A stretch of DNA of 46,362 bases from a virus. Its lineage: Duplodnaviria > Caudoviricetes. Below the pieces are notes generated by a model. That model ran no database searches and was not told where the DNA came from. It was given only the letters and a program-made list of their open reading frames with translations. Positions 15,930 to 24,075 of the stretch are shown here, one piece after another. Location of the stretch: positions 1-46,362 of IMG/VR virus record IMGVR_UViG_3300022217_000001; one strand, 5' to 3'. How positions within the stretch are numbered: position 1 is the stretch's first letter; each line of letters starts with the position of its first letter. The position numbers and the translations under genes were made by a program.

Positions 15930-15979
15930 GCCTAACATTCGCAATCAGTGGCTTTAGTCCACTGGGTTAACTGTTAGGA
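15930..15979 (-). repeat. attC-like site E (50 bp)
   Basis: Minus strand TCCTAAC-AGTTA-ACCCAGTGGAC-TAAA-GCCACTGAT-TGCGAAT-GTTAGGC; covarying stem relative to A and C. Confidence 0.7.
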
Positions 15980-16036
15980 GAGCCGAACTACTAATTTACT
16001 ACTAATAACTACAGATTTAGTATTTAAGGAGGTGAC

Positions 16037-16465
16037 TTGAAAAATTTAATTGTAGGCATTGACCCTGGCAAAAACACAGCTATAGCTTTTTACGACAAAC
16101 AGTTAAAAAAAATCATCGATGTGAGATCAACTGACTTTTGGGGATGCTATCAAATCTTTGTCGGGCACAATGAAGAAGCGGAACTTTTATCACTTGATAA
16201 TCCGATTAAAAAAGTCATTATTGAGGTACCAAGAACCAAAAAGAATTGGCACAAAGAAGGATGCGACATAACATCGGCTAATGTAGGCATGATTTATGAT
16301 CAATCTCATTTGCTAGCAGAAGGCATTGAGCGATTAGGCTATAAAGTTCTCCGGCAACATCCGCAGGGGAAAGTTGATGCGGCTTACATTAAAAAGTTAA
16401 CTGGCTGGAAAAAGAGAACATCACAGCATGCGAGAGATGCTATTATGCTTTGTTGGGGATTTTGA
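16037..16465 (+). CDS. RuvC-like Holliday junction resolvase
   Basis: IVGIDPG, VIIE, HARDA. Confidence 0.75.
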   Translation: MKNLIVGIDPGKNTAIAFYDKQLKKIIDVRSTDFWGCYQIFVGHNEEAELLSLDNPIKKVIIEVPRTKKNWHKEGCDITSANVGMIYDQSHLLAEGIERLGYKVLRQHPQGKVDAAYIKKLTGWKKRTSQHARDAIMLCWGF

Positions 16466-16502
16466 TGATTATTAAGATTATTACTGAATAATTATCTCCA
16501 AT

Positions 16503-16527
16503 AAAAATGGCCCCACTAAGGGGCCAT
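16503..16527 (-). terminator. Intrinsic terminator at the convergence of early and late genes
   Basis: ATGGCCCC-loop-GGGGCCAT followed by TTTT on the minus strand. Confidence 0.75.
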
Positions 16528-16589
16528 AAGGAGGGGGGAGCAGGTGAAAAAACTAGGCAAGGTCATTAAATCAAATCATTCCGAACTTG

Positions 16590-16772
16590 TCAATTATTAA
16601 TTTTCTTAACTCCCTTATGGGTCAACCCTATAGTTAGCAAAGTATTTCCAATTACATCTACTGCATTCGCAATCTCGGGATAATTCATTGCAGTTAATAT
16701 GTCAGCTATAGCTTTTAAAATCGCAGATATTACAGTCTTCTTTCCACTTAAACTATTCCATAGAGTTTTCAT
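16590..16772 (-). CDS. Holin-like small membrane protein
   Basis: LSGKKTVISA, two hydrophobic helices, basic C-terminus. Confidence 0.55.
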   Translation of the reverse strand: MKTLWNSLSGKKTVISAILKAIADILTAMNYPEIANAVDVIGNTLLTIGLTHKGVKKINN

Positions 16773-17040
16773 AATTACCTCCTATATGTGGTTTATAAAT
16801 ATCTGTATAAATTTTATCAACTTTTTCTTCAATCATCATCATTCGTAATTCAATATTTTGAAGCGTCATGTATGCTGATAAACTACCTGCTAAAATAGCT
16901 ATTATAATAGCCTCTATAATACGCGATACATTGACTTGAGTCTTAGATGATACAGACATAAAGAAAGGTAAACATGGCAATATATTATGATCGAATAAAA
17001 ATTTTATGTTATGATCGAATAAGAATTTTAAATGCTCCAT
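16753..17040 (-). CDS. Membrane/coiled-coil protein (lysis-cassette-like)
   Basis: One TM helix followed by a short coiled coil; tandem KFLFDHNI duplication at the N-terminus. Confidence 0.55.
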   Translation of the reverse strand: MEHLKFLFDHNIKFLFDHNILPCLPFFMSVSSKTQVNVSRIIEAIIIAILAGSLSAYMTLQNIELRMMMIEEKVDKIYTDIYKPHIGGNYENSME

Positions 17041-17294
17041 TAGTCATCACATTCGTAAATATTACAAATAGCAGTCATGTTTTCAAAAAATGCTCTGTCA
17101 GTTTGCACCGCCTGATTATAATCCATTTCCTTCAATAATGATCTTCGCGCAAACTCCGTTTTAGTAATTCCTTTTCTAGTTGATTGTTTTCCTGCCTGAG
17201 CATCCCTTGCAGCCGTTACATTAAAGCAAATCTCCGCAGCTATTGCTGAGCTTGCAAAAAGCAAAATAAGCAATATTACTATAAATTTTCTCAT
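17040..17294 (-). CDS. Small protein with a signal peptide
   Basis: MRKFIVILLILLFASSAIA. Confidence 0.65.
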   Translation of the reverse strand: MRKFIVILLILLFASSAIAAEICFNVTAARDAQAGKQSTRKGITKTEFARRSLLKEMDYNQAVQTDRAFFENMTAICNIYECDD

Positions 17295-17303
17295 TTCATC
17301 TCC

Positions 17304-18716
17304 TTAATTTATTATTCTTAGACATTTATAACCCGTCCCGCAACTATCATCAGCACCCACCGATACTCGCTCTAGGGTTCCGTTATCAATGTCGTGTATT
17401 AAAAATCTGGTTTCGCCAGTACCCGTCCAGTCATCAAAAACTGCCGATGTTCCATTGCTAAAAGCAACCCTTATTTCACTTGTATATACATCAAAAACAT
17501 TAGTGCCATCATCAAGACGAGTACCCAATATTTTAGGTTCTGCTCCGACATCACCATGTTTTATGTCAAGAGCACCATTAATGTCATTTGTAATTATTTC
17601 AGCTATCCCACCATTGGGGCTATTATCATATGTAGTTTGTAACGATGCAGTAGAGGGGATTGAAACCGAAGTACCGGACGGAGTTGTTAAGAATCTTCGT
17701 TCATCCCAAATATCAACTATGCTGGCATTGTTTTTATTGGTGATTATCTTTGCAATAATAATTAGCCCTGGCTTAGCTGCCCCAAAAGAACCGATATCAA
17801 TATTTGATGTTCTTGCAGCTTCTAAGCTCCCATATTCATCCGGCCCATAAAACGCAAAGCAAGTCGGTTTTCTTCCGGTGTCAATTCCTCTAACAACGCC
17901 ACCTTCCGTAGAGCATGCTATTAACTGATAAATAAACCTTGTTGGATTGAGTGCAGGAACAAGTCCACCTGTAGTTATATCGTTATAATTAACATTATCT
18001 AGCTGGAAAACCTCTTTGCCTGTAGTTGTCCAGGAATTAAATGATGAAGTTGTTCGCCACAGCGGGATTGTAGATAGTAAATTAAAAACAGGAATACCAT
18101 GTCTTTCTCCTTCCTCATCATAAAAAGAACCCTCGCTTAAATTCAGATTTCTAACACCTGTTTCTGTTGGTATTAATCCGCCATCCAAACTCATAGGGGC
18201 TCCTATCGCTCCACGTCTATATTGATAATCTTTGTTGTCCACAGCACTTACAATATTACGCTGATCAATAATAGATAAAGTCCCGGCAGCTTGTTTTTGT
18301 ACCCGAGCTAAAGGAATAACTGTTTTTAAGTTCTCATCGGTAAAATATGTATCTTGCTGAGTATATCCGCTCATTACCGCACCTACAAAAGCTGAATCAA
18401 AATCTAATATAATAGATGTCAATCCAGGAAATACTGTCGTATTTATATCGTAAACTGGACCATCAATATGCACGGTGCATGGATGAAATGTTATTGTATT
18501 TGCATCACGTTCACTCGCTTTGCATGCATTAATACCATAGACATGAGTATGTACACCATTGACACCTGTAACATGACCGACCTCATTATCCCACAAAGAC
18601 AAGCTTTCTTCTTTGATGGGTTCACGCATTATAGTTCCGTCCGGCGTAGACTCCCACGCTGGAGAATCAGCAAAAACAGGCGTTGCAAATAAAAGCAATA
18701 ATATTAAATATCTCAT
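17304..18716 (-). CDS. Tail-spike/fibre-like protein with a signal peptide
   Basis: MRYLILLLLFATPVFA; beta-rich; C-terminal RVSVGADDSCGTGYKCLRI. Confidence 0.65.
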   Translation of the reverse strand: MRYLILLLLFATPVFADSPAWESTPDGTIMREPIKEESLSLWDNEVGHVTGVNGVHTHVYGINACKASERDANTITFHPCTVHIDGPVYDINTTVFPGLTSIILDFDSAFVGAVMSGYTQQDTYFTDENLKTVIPLARVQKQAAGTLSIIDQRNIVSAVDNKDYQYRRGAIGAPMSLDGGLIPTETGVRNLNLSEGSFYDEEGERHGIPVFNLLSTIPLWRTTSSFNSWTTTGKEVFQLDNVNYNDITTGGLVPALNPTRFIYQLIACSTEGGVVRGIDTGRKPTCFAFYGPDEYGSLEAARTSNIDIGSFGAAKPGLIIIAKIITNKNNASIVDIWDERRFLTTPSGTSVSIPSTASLQTTYDNSPNGGIAEIITNDINGALDIKHGDVGAEPKILGTRLDDGTNVFDVYTSEIRVAFSNGTSAVFDDWTGTGETRFLIHDIDNGTLERVSVGADDSCGTGYKCLRIIN

Positions 18717-19525
18717 TGACAACCTCCTGTTTTCCACCAGCTTGACCCATCACTATGGAAAGTAGCACACTCTCTGAATGTATCAAGTAAACTGTAAGTA
18801 TCGAAACCCTCGATTTGATCCGAGCCATTGCCGTCTAAATAGCATTTGTTTGTAGACCCTGTATCGACGTATTTAACTGACAATATCTGCGAAGTATCAG
18901 AATCAACAGGCGGAAAAGTTATGGTCACACTATTATCATTTGCGAGACAAGTCACAAAATAATCCGCTATTGTTAATGTTTCAGATGCACTTGATAAATT
19001 CCTGAATGCTGCTGATAAACCTGATAACCTTAAACTGCCAGTCCCTGAATCACCATTGGTTATTTTTAGAATACCTGAGCCGAACTTATCTAATCCGAGA
19101 TCTGCTGTAGCTAAATAATTATCGTCTAAATTTGACCACCGTATACCTGCATTTGCTGCCAAACCGAATCTTAGTCCACCTGACAATATCCCGATCCGTA
19201 TATTGCTCAATCTAATTGCACCGGCGCCAGCATCGGAATCAAGTTCAATTACACCAAATCCTGATTCAATTGCAAATTTGCCGATTTCCGGCCTAATTTG
19301 CAATTCATTTGTTCCAGGCGTACCTCCCGGCAAACGTATAATCAAATTACCAATAGTTGTCACACCATCAAAAACACCTGTTATTGCATCAATCCGTGTT
19401 GATATTACGGTTTCAGGATTTATATCAGTACCATCAAATATAGTTTCCGGCCCCTGAATAACTGTAGTCTCGACAGCGTAAACAGGGGAAACCAATAAGA
19501 AAAATAAAAGAAGTAATTTTTTCAT
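18713..19525 (-). CDS. Tail-fibre-like protein with a signal peptide
   Basis: MKKLLLLFFLLVSPVYA; C-terminal VTITFP...KYVDTGSTN...DGNGSDQIEG...DGSSW. Confidence 0.65.
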   Translation of the reverse strand: MKKLLLLFFLLVSPVYAVETTVIQGPETIFDGTDINPETVISTRIDAITGVFDGVTTIGNLIIRLPGGTPGTNELQIRPEIGKFAIESGFGVIELDSDAGAGAIRLSNIRIGILSGGLRFGLAANAGIRWSNLDDNYLATADLGLDKFGSGILKITNGDSGTGSLRLSGLSAAFRNLSSASETLTIADYFVTCLANDNSVTITFPPVDSDTSQILSVKYVDTGSTNKCYLDGNGSDQIEGFDTYSLLDTFRECATFHSDGSSWWKTGGCQ

Positions 19526-19932
19526 TAATTCCCCCTATAAATTATATATGCATCGAGAGAACCACCACCCGATATATTATTTAAAGTAACCTGTCCATAT
19601 GGTAACGGTTTTAATGCCCAATGCCCCATAGTTAAATCTGATTCCGTCAATGATAATATAGGCACAAATGGCCCGGATGAACTAATCAAGGAAGCATCTA
19701 CCGAGATATCATAAATTGCCGGACTTCCATTAATGACAATTTGCATCGTTCCTTGGTCCGGCAGAAATCCAGGGGGAATTGAAAATGTTGTTCCTATGGT
19801 TGATACATTATCGAAAACCTGAACAACCGGTGTTCCCGGAGGCCAAAGGCCTTCACTTGTACCCCGATACTTAGGAGTAGCATAAACAGTTAATGGTATA
19901 AGCAATAAAATTAATAGTAGTATTCTTTTCAT
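19525..19932 (-). CDS. Small beta-sandwich-like protein with a signal peptide
   Basis: MKRILLLILLLIPLTVYA; GGAGG RBS. Confidence 0.65.
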   Translation of the reverse strand: MKRILLLILLLIPLTVYATPKYRGTSEGLWPPGTPVVQVFDNVSTIGTTFSIPPGFLPDQGTMQIVINGSPAIYDISVDASLISSSGPFVPILSLTESDLTMGHWALKPLPYGQVTLNNISGGGSLDAYIIYRGN

Positions 19933-20072
19933 TTTAATACCTCCATGTTTTTATTAATATTATATTATTCAATCAATTAAATCTATATATTTAATCGAAT
20001 AGTCAACTTTTTTTACACCTGAAAACAAGAAAACATAATCAAAACAAGCACTTACAAAATCAATCAAAAAAC

Positions 20073-20234
20073 TGTCAGGATTTGGACACCCAAAAACCCC
20101 CAAAAACGTCAGGTTTTTTTACAAAATGGAATTCATGGAAAGCTGGATAAATTCCTGTGAAATTAAAAAGCCTTATTAATTAAGGACTTACACGTTAATT
20201 TGCCTCGTTTTGCATATTTGGCATGAGTACTGCA
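20073..20234 (+). promoter_or_regulatory. Sigma-54 promoter with enhancer-like and IHF-like sites upstream
   Basis: TGGCATG-AGTA-CTGCA at 20219-20234; TGT-N10-ACA at 20073-20088 and a similar site at 20107-20123; TAATTAAGGACTTA near 20177-20190. Confidence 0.65.
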
Positions 20235-20267
20235 TTTATATTAAGTAAAACAAGGGGAGGTAAGAAA

Positions 20268-20537
20268 ATGAATGAGATTATAGCAATTGCAACATTAATT
20301 AATGGCATAGCAGTATTCAGTAAAGGATTTGGTGGCGCTGATAAAGAATTACGAGCCATTGAATATGCAAAAAAATTAGATGGACATGTCAAGATTAGCT
20401 TAATTAATACAGAGCACAAAACCGATACAGGTAGAATAATTAAAAAAAGTAGTTCTGATATAGCTAACGGAGTAATCCTGTTGGGATATTCAATTGAAGT
20501 TTTTGAAAAAATTATAAATGGTGAATATGATAATTAA
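20268..20537 (+). CDS. Hypothetical moron protein
   Basis: GGGGAGG RBS. Confidence 0.65.
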   Translation: MNEIIAIATLINGIAVFSKGFGGADKELRAIEYAKKLDGHVKISLINTEHKTDTGRIIKKSSSDIANGVILLGYSIEVFEKIINGEYDN

Positions 20538-20617
20538 TTCTTTACCCCGCCCACTCCCAGGTGATCGGGAATAAGGAATTAAAAAAGAAGATTAACTAAT
20601 CGGTGGAGGGTGTCATG
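20534..20617 (+). repeat. Hairpin + RBS intergenic repeat, copy 1
   Basis: Near-identical to 21274-21358. Confidence 0.9.
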
Positions 20618-20655
20618 GGGAATCTAATGGAGCCAGAAGAAGAGGAGGAAGGGGA

Positions 20656-20865
20656 ATGATTGAATTCATAGAAAAAGAGGAAGTTTGGCAAAACGAAACA
20701 ACAAAATACTGGTTTGATGTCGATGGCGAAAAATATTGCGTGGCTGATAAAGGCGGGGATTTGTCATTGTTGGATTCTGAAGGATATCCCATCGAGGACT
20801 GCAATGATCATGACAACATCAAGGATTTATTGTTGCCCGAATACGAAAAATACATAAACGATTAA
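20656..20865 (+). CDS. Acidic hypothetical moron protein
   Basis: Purine-rich RBS; Asp/Glu-rich. Confidence 0.65.
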   Translation: MIEFIEKEEVWQNETTKYWFDVDGEKYCVADKGGDLSLLDSEGYPIEDCNDHDNIKDLLLPEYEKYIND

Positions 20866-20886
20866 TAATCATAGAGGAAAGTTAAA

Positions 20887-21072
20887 ATGAAAATAAATAA
20901 AATTCTGAAAACAATTATAACAATATTATTAGTCATAATTACTACAGTACTCGGTGTAAATGCTGTTACAGAAAATGATCCGATTATGTTAAATCTGAAA
21001 ATTATTCAATTTCTTCTAATAGCTATATTATGCGTAATTCTGCATTTGATCAATAAAAAAAACAAGCAGTAA
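20887..21072 (+). CDS. Two-TM small membrane protein
   Basis: Two hydrophobic helices, basic ends. Confidence 0.6.
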   Translation: MKINKILKTIITILLVIITTVLGVNAVTENDPIMLNLKIIQFLLIAILCVILHLINKKNKQ

Positions 21073-21091
21073 AACAAGGGGAGGTAGAGAG

Positions 21092-21277
21092 ATGACTGAG
21101 AAGCGAAAAAGAGTAGTTAATGCATTAAGGTCTGCGGCCGGTGATATAAGTACAATACTGAGAGATTTAGATCGGCTACAAATCGAGGAAGATGCTGTAA
21201 TTGATGACAGTATACTCCATAATTTAGTTCAAGCACGAGAACAACTTACCCACGAGGCCAATTTAAAAGAGTTTTAA
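21092..21277 (+). CDS. Hypothetical helical protein
   Basis: GGGGAGG RBS. Confidence 0.65.
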   Translation: MTEKRKRVVNALRSAAGDISTILRDLDRLQIEEDAVIDDSILHNLVQAREQLTHEANLKEF

Positions 21278-21358
21278 TTCTTTACCCCGCTCACTCCCAG
21301 GTGATCGGGTCTAAGGAATTAAAAAAGAAGATTAATTTAATCGGTGGAGGGAGTCATG
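21274..21358 (+). repeat. Hairpin + RBS intergenic repeat, copy 2
   Basis: Near-identical to 20534-20617. Confidence 0.9.
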
Positions 21359-21547
21359 ATTACAAGAATGTGTGCAAGGTGCAAGCGGATAATGGGATTC
21401 AAGATTGCTTCGAATTCCGGGATCTCACACGGATTATGTATTAACTGCGCATTTGTTATGTTAATTGAAAGTTCAGATGTTCCTTTTATTCCGGCAAATA
21501 TGGATGCTTTTGGTTTAAATAATTTTTTATCAGGAAGCTTTAAATGA
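21356..21547 (+). CDS. Small zinc-binding protein
   Basis: CARC...ISHGLCINC. Confidence 0.6.
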   Translation: MITRMCARCKRIMGFKIASNSGISHGLCINCAFVMLIESSDVPFIPANMDAFGLNNFLSGSFK

Positions 21548-21699
21548 AAGCCAAGGTAAAATGGAGAGATCTAATAACTGGCGAAGAGAAGGAAACGTCA
21601 GTAATGGATTTAGAGAAGTGTGAGAGTTTAGCCGAGTTTTACAATCGATATCCAAAGGTTGTAAAAGATTGTGTTATTGAAAAAGAGGGAGAAGAATAA
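21544..21699 (+). CDS. 51-aa hypothetical protein
   Basis: Manual translation MKAKVKWRDLITGEEKETSV...; ATGA overlap with the upstream gene. Confidence 0.5.
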   Translation: MKAKVKWRDLITGEEKETSVMDLEKCESLAEFYNRYPKVVKDCVIEKEGEE

Positions 21700-21790
21700 T
21701 GGATTATGAAAGATAAAATATATCTACAGATAATGGCGTTGTGATGTTAAAAGCAACAAGATAATCAATAGTTTTTTCATAACTCCTCCT

Positions 21791-22153
21791 TTAAAATTTA
21801 ATATTTACTTTAAAGCCATGTCGTGTATTTCGCCTCAAATAATCATGCTCCACACTTATCCAGAAAGACTGCCAATAAGCTCTGTATGGTTGTGATAATC
21901 TTTGAGCTATATAATAATGAGCTAATAATGTACTTGCAAAATATAAATTAACTTGATCATCACTTGGATTGCGTCCAAGTATTTTGTTAGTTTCTTCATA
22001 ATCCTCAGATTCTGTTATTTGTAAAGTTTGATTCCAGTCTCCTATATGGTAAGCTGAATATAAAATCTGAATCATCGTATCTTCATGAGACCAATTATCT
22101 GCATAAACATCTATCGGTATAAATAGCAATACTATAAATAATAATCTTATCAT
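21791..22153 (-). CDS. Membrane or exported protein, DUF5658-like
   Basis: Signal peptide; DWNQT...ETNKILGRNPS. Confidence 0.55.
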   Translation of the reverse strand: MIRLLFIVLLFIPIDVYADNWSHEDTMIQILYSAYHIGDWNQTLQITESEDYEETNKILGRNPSDDQVNLYFASTLLAHYYIAQRLSQPYRAYWQSFWISVEHDYLRRNTRHGFKVNIKF

Positions 22154-23274
22154 GCTATAAAAGTTATGATTACCCATCCACGATTATATGAAGTAGCATT
22201 AAAGTTGACATTGTCGTAAAAACCACCAGTAAGCCTGACTAAAGCAACAGTTGTGCCGCCGACAGTCCCTTCGGTGATTCCACCTTGTGGCGTTGGGTTT
22301 GTCCAATCTAGAGGTCTATTCAATTTTGTTCTAAGAATATCGCTGTCATCTCTAATAATACAATCAACTGATCTTACATTGTCAATAGATAATCCTAATG
22401 ATACATTGACCTTATTCACAGTATCCATGTCCCAATCACCAATATCTATTACTTTGGTTTTAATAGTGTTGACCCCATCCGTTTGAATGCCTGAAGATGC
22501 TATAATTTCATCAGAAAAAGTTTTTATTCCTCCAATCGTTTGTGCTGATGTTCGGTCAACAAGACCTGTTGATATAACAACATTATTGACAGCATCAACT
22601 ATAGTTATATTGTTGCTATCTTCAGTTGAATTATCAACCCATTCATTTGTCAAAGTACCGCCGCCTGTATTATCAATAAATCCTGTGATTTGATTGCCTG
22701 TTTTATTGGCATTGATATGGTATCCCGTTGTTAATGTCCCGGTTGATGAGTTTTCAACATTAATCTTTCCAGTGCAATTATCTCCATCAAGCTCAACGGC
22801 TTTTCCGGTTGTTCCGGTTTGACTGAGGACAATATTTAAAATGCCTTCAATTATAATGTTGTTGATTAATTTCAGTGCTGAAGTCGCAATGTTTGTTGAA
22901 GAAAGAAGCCTAGCACCGTCAATAAATTTAATGGTTTTATCAGAACCCAAATCAAGCTGTCCCGTAATTGTCTGATCTTCCTTGACAAGTATTCTATCAT
23001 TTGCTGCCGGGGCATCTGCAATATAAGCCGCCAATGTCGCATAATCACCCTCATCAGCATCGGAATCAATAACAATCCAATCTTCAACTTGAGCGCCGAA
23101 ATAGTCTGTAAATCTTGAAATAAGATTCCAGAACCAATTATGATTTTCAGCCGGAGGTTTTACATTAAATAACCATCCTGAAGTTTTTCGTCCAGCCGAA
23201 GGTGTAACTATATTGCTTGAATCATCTGGAACCCAATCTGGTTTTTCTGTTGGTTTTGGATTACCTCTTGCCAT
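22150..23274 (-). CDS. Tail fibre protein
   Basis: N-terminal KP..W...GW...PPAE..NW baseplate-attachment motif; AQTIGGIKTFS repeat; position after the baseplate genes. Confidence 0.8.
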   Translation of the reverse strand: MARGNPKPTEKPDWVPDDSSNIVTPSAGRKTSGWLFNVKPPAENHNWFWNLISRFTDYFGAQVEDWIVIDSDADEGDYATLAAYIADAPAANDRILVKEDQTITGQLDLGSDKTIKFIDGARLLSSTNIATSALKLINNIIIEGILNIVLSQTGTTGKAVELDGDNCTGKINVENSSTGTLTTGYHINANKTGNQITGFIDNTGGGTLTNEWVDNSTEDSNNITIVDAVNNVVISTGLVDRTSAQTIGGIKTFSDEIIASSGIQTDGVNTIKTKVIDIGDWDMDTVNKVNVSLGLSIDNVRSVDCIIRDDSDILRTKLNRPLDWTNPTPQGGITEGTVGGTTVALVRLTGGFYDNVNFNATSYNRGWVIITFIA

Positions 23275-23286
23275 TATATTTCTCCT

Positions 23287-24075
23287 TTATGCTGCTTGAA
23301 CTTTTGAATATCCACCGCCACCACCATTTATCACATCATAATCAAGTGGTGTTGATGAAAATATATCAGCATCCAATGTTAATTGAATTGCGCTATCAAC
23401 ATTTGTAACTTTAGCGGTTAAATCCTCGTCAGTATTAACAACTTCATTATCTATTGCAACGCCATCGCCTGTAAAATTTGCCCCTGAATCAATTAATTTA
23501 AATGCACCCGTGGAGGTATTTGTTCCAGTTGAAATAATAGTATCATATCCCAACGTTCCAACACTCCCCTCGAATCCAAAAGCATTTTCAGGAGATATAA
23601 TAGATGAAACAACCCTGACCCCTGCCGATACAACATCTTGCATTAAAGCAAAAGCATCACTTGCCAAGGCATCAGGAACTGAAACATCAGAAGATAATTC
23701 AACTTCAGCCGGATAATTTTCAAAAAGCTGAACTACTGTTCCACCTGTGATGATTTTCCATACTGACAAAACTCTTTCAATATCACCCTCTGAAACATTT
23801 CTACCAGCTTTGGCTCTTAAAAATAATCGGTAAGTTATATCATCTTGACCGCTTCTCGGCTGACCAACAATGATACCGATATTATCTAACTGAACGCCTT
23901 CACTGTTTTCAATATCAAGACGGGAATTAATATCAAATAAAATATCCTCAAGGTCCTGTATCTGCTGTCCACCAAGCGAATCAAGAAGTGCCTCTATATT
24001 GACTTTTCCCTTATATTGGAAAAGAAGCCTATCCTTGGCCGCCTGTGCATGATCTGTTATTTTAGTTACATTCAT
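23287..24075 (-). CDS. Baseplate wedge protein (DUF2612-like)
   Basis: LLFQYK, EGVQLDNIGIIVGQPR, DDITYR, SAGV. Confidence 0.8.
   Translation of the reverse strand: MNVTKITDHAQAAKDRLLFQYKGKVNIEALLDSLGGQQIQDLEDILFDINSRLDIENSEGVQLDNIGIIVGQPRSGQDDITYRLFLRAKAGRNVSEGDIERVLSVWKIITGGTVVQLFENYPAEVELSSDVSVPDALASDAFALMQDVVSAGVRVVSSIISPENAFGFEGSVGTLGYDTIISTGTNTSTGAFKLIDSGANFTGDGVAIDNEVVNTDEDLTAKVTNVDSAIQLTLDADIFSSTPLDYDVINGGGGGYSKVQAA

Noticed and set aside
17304-23274. Diversity-generating retroelement acting on the fibre genes
   Set aside because: No reverse transcriptase and no adenine-variable template/variable repeat pair seen.
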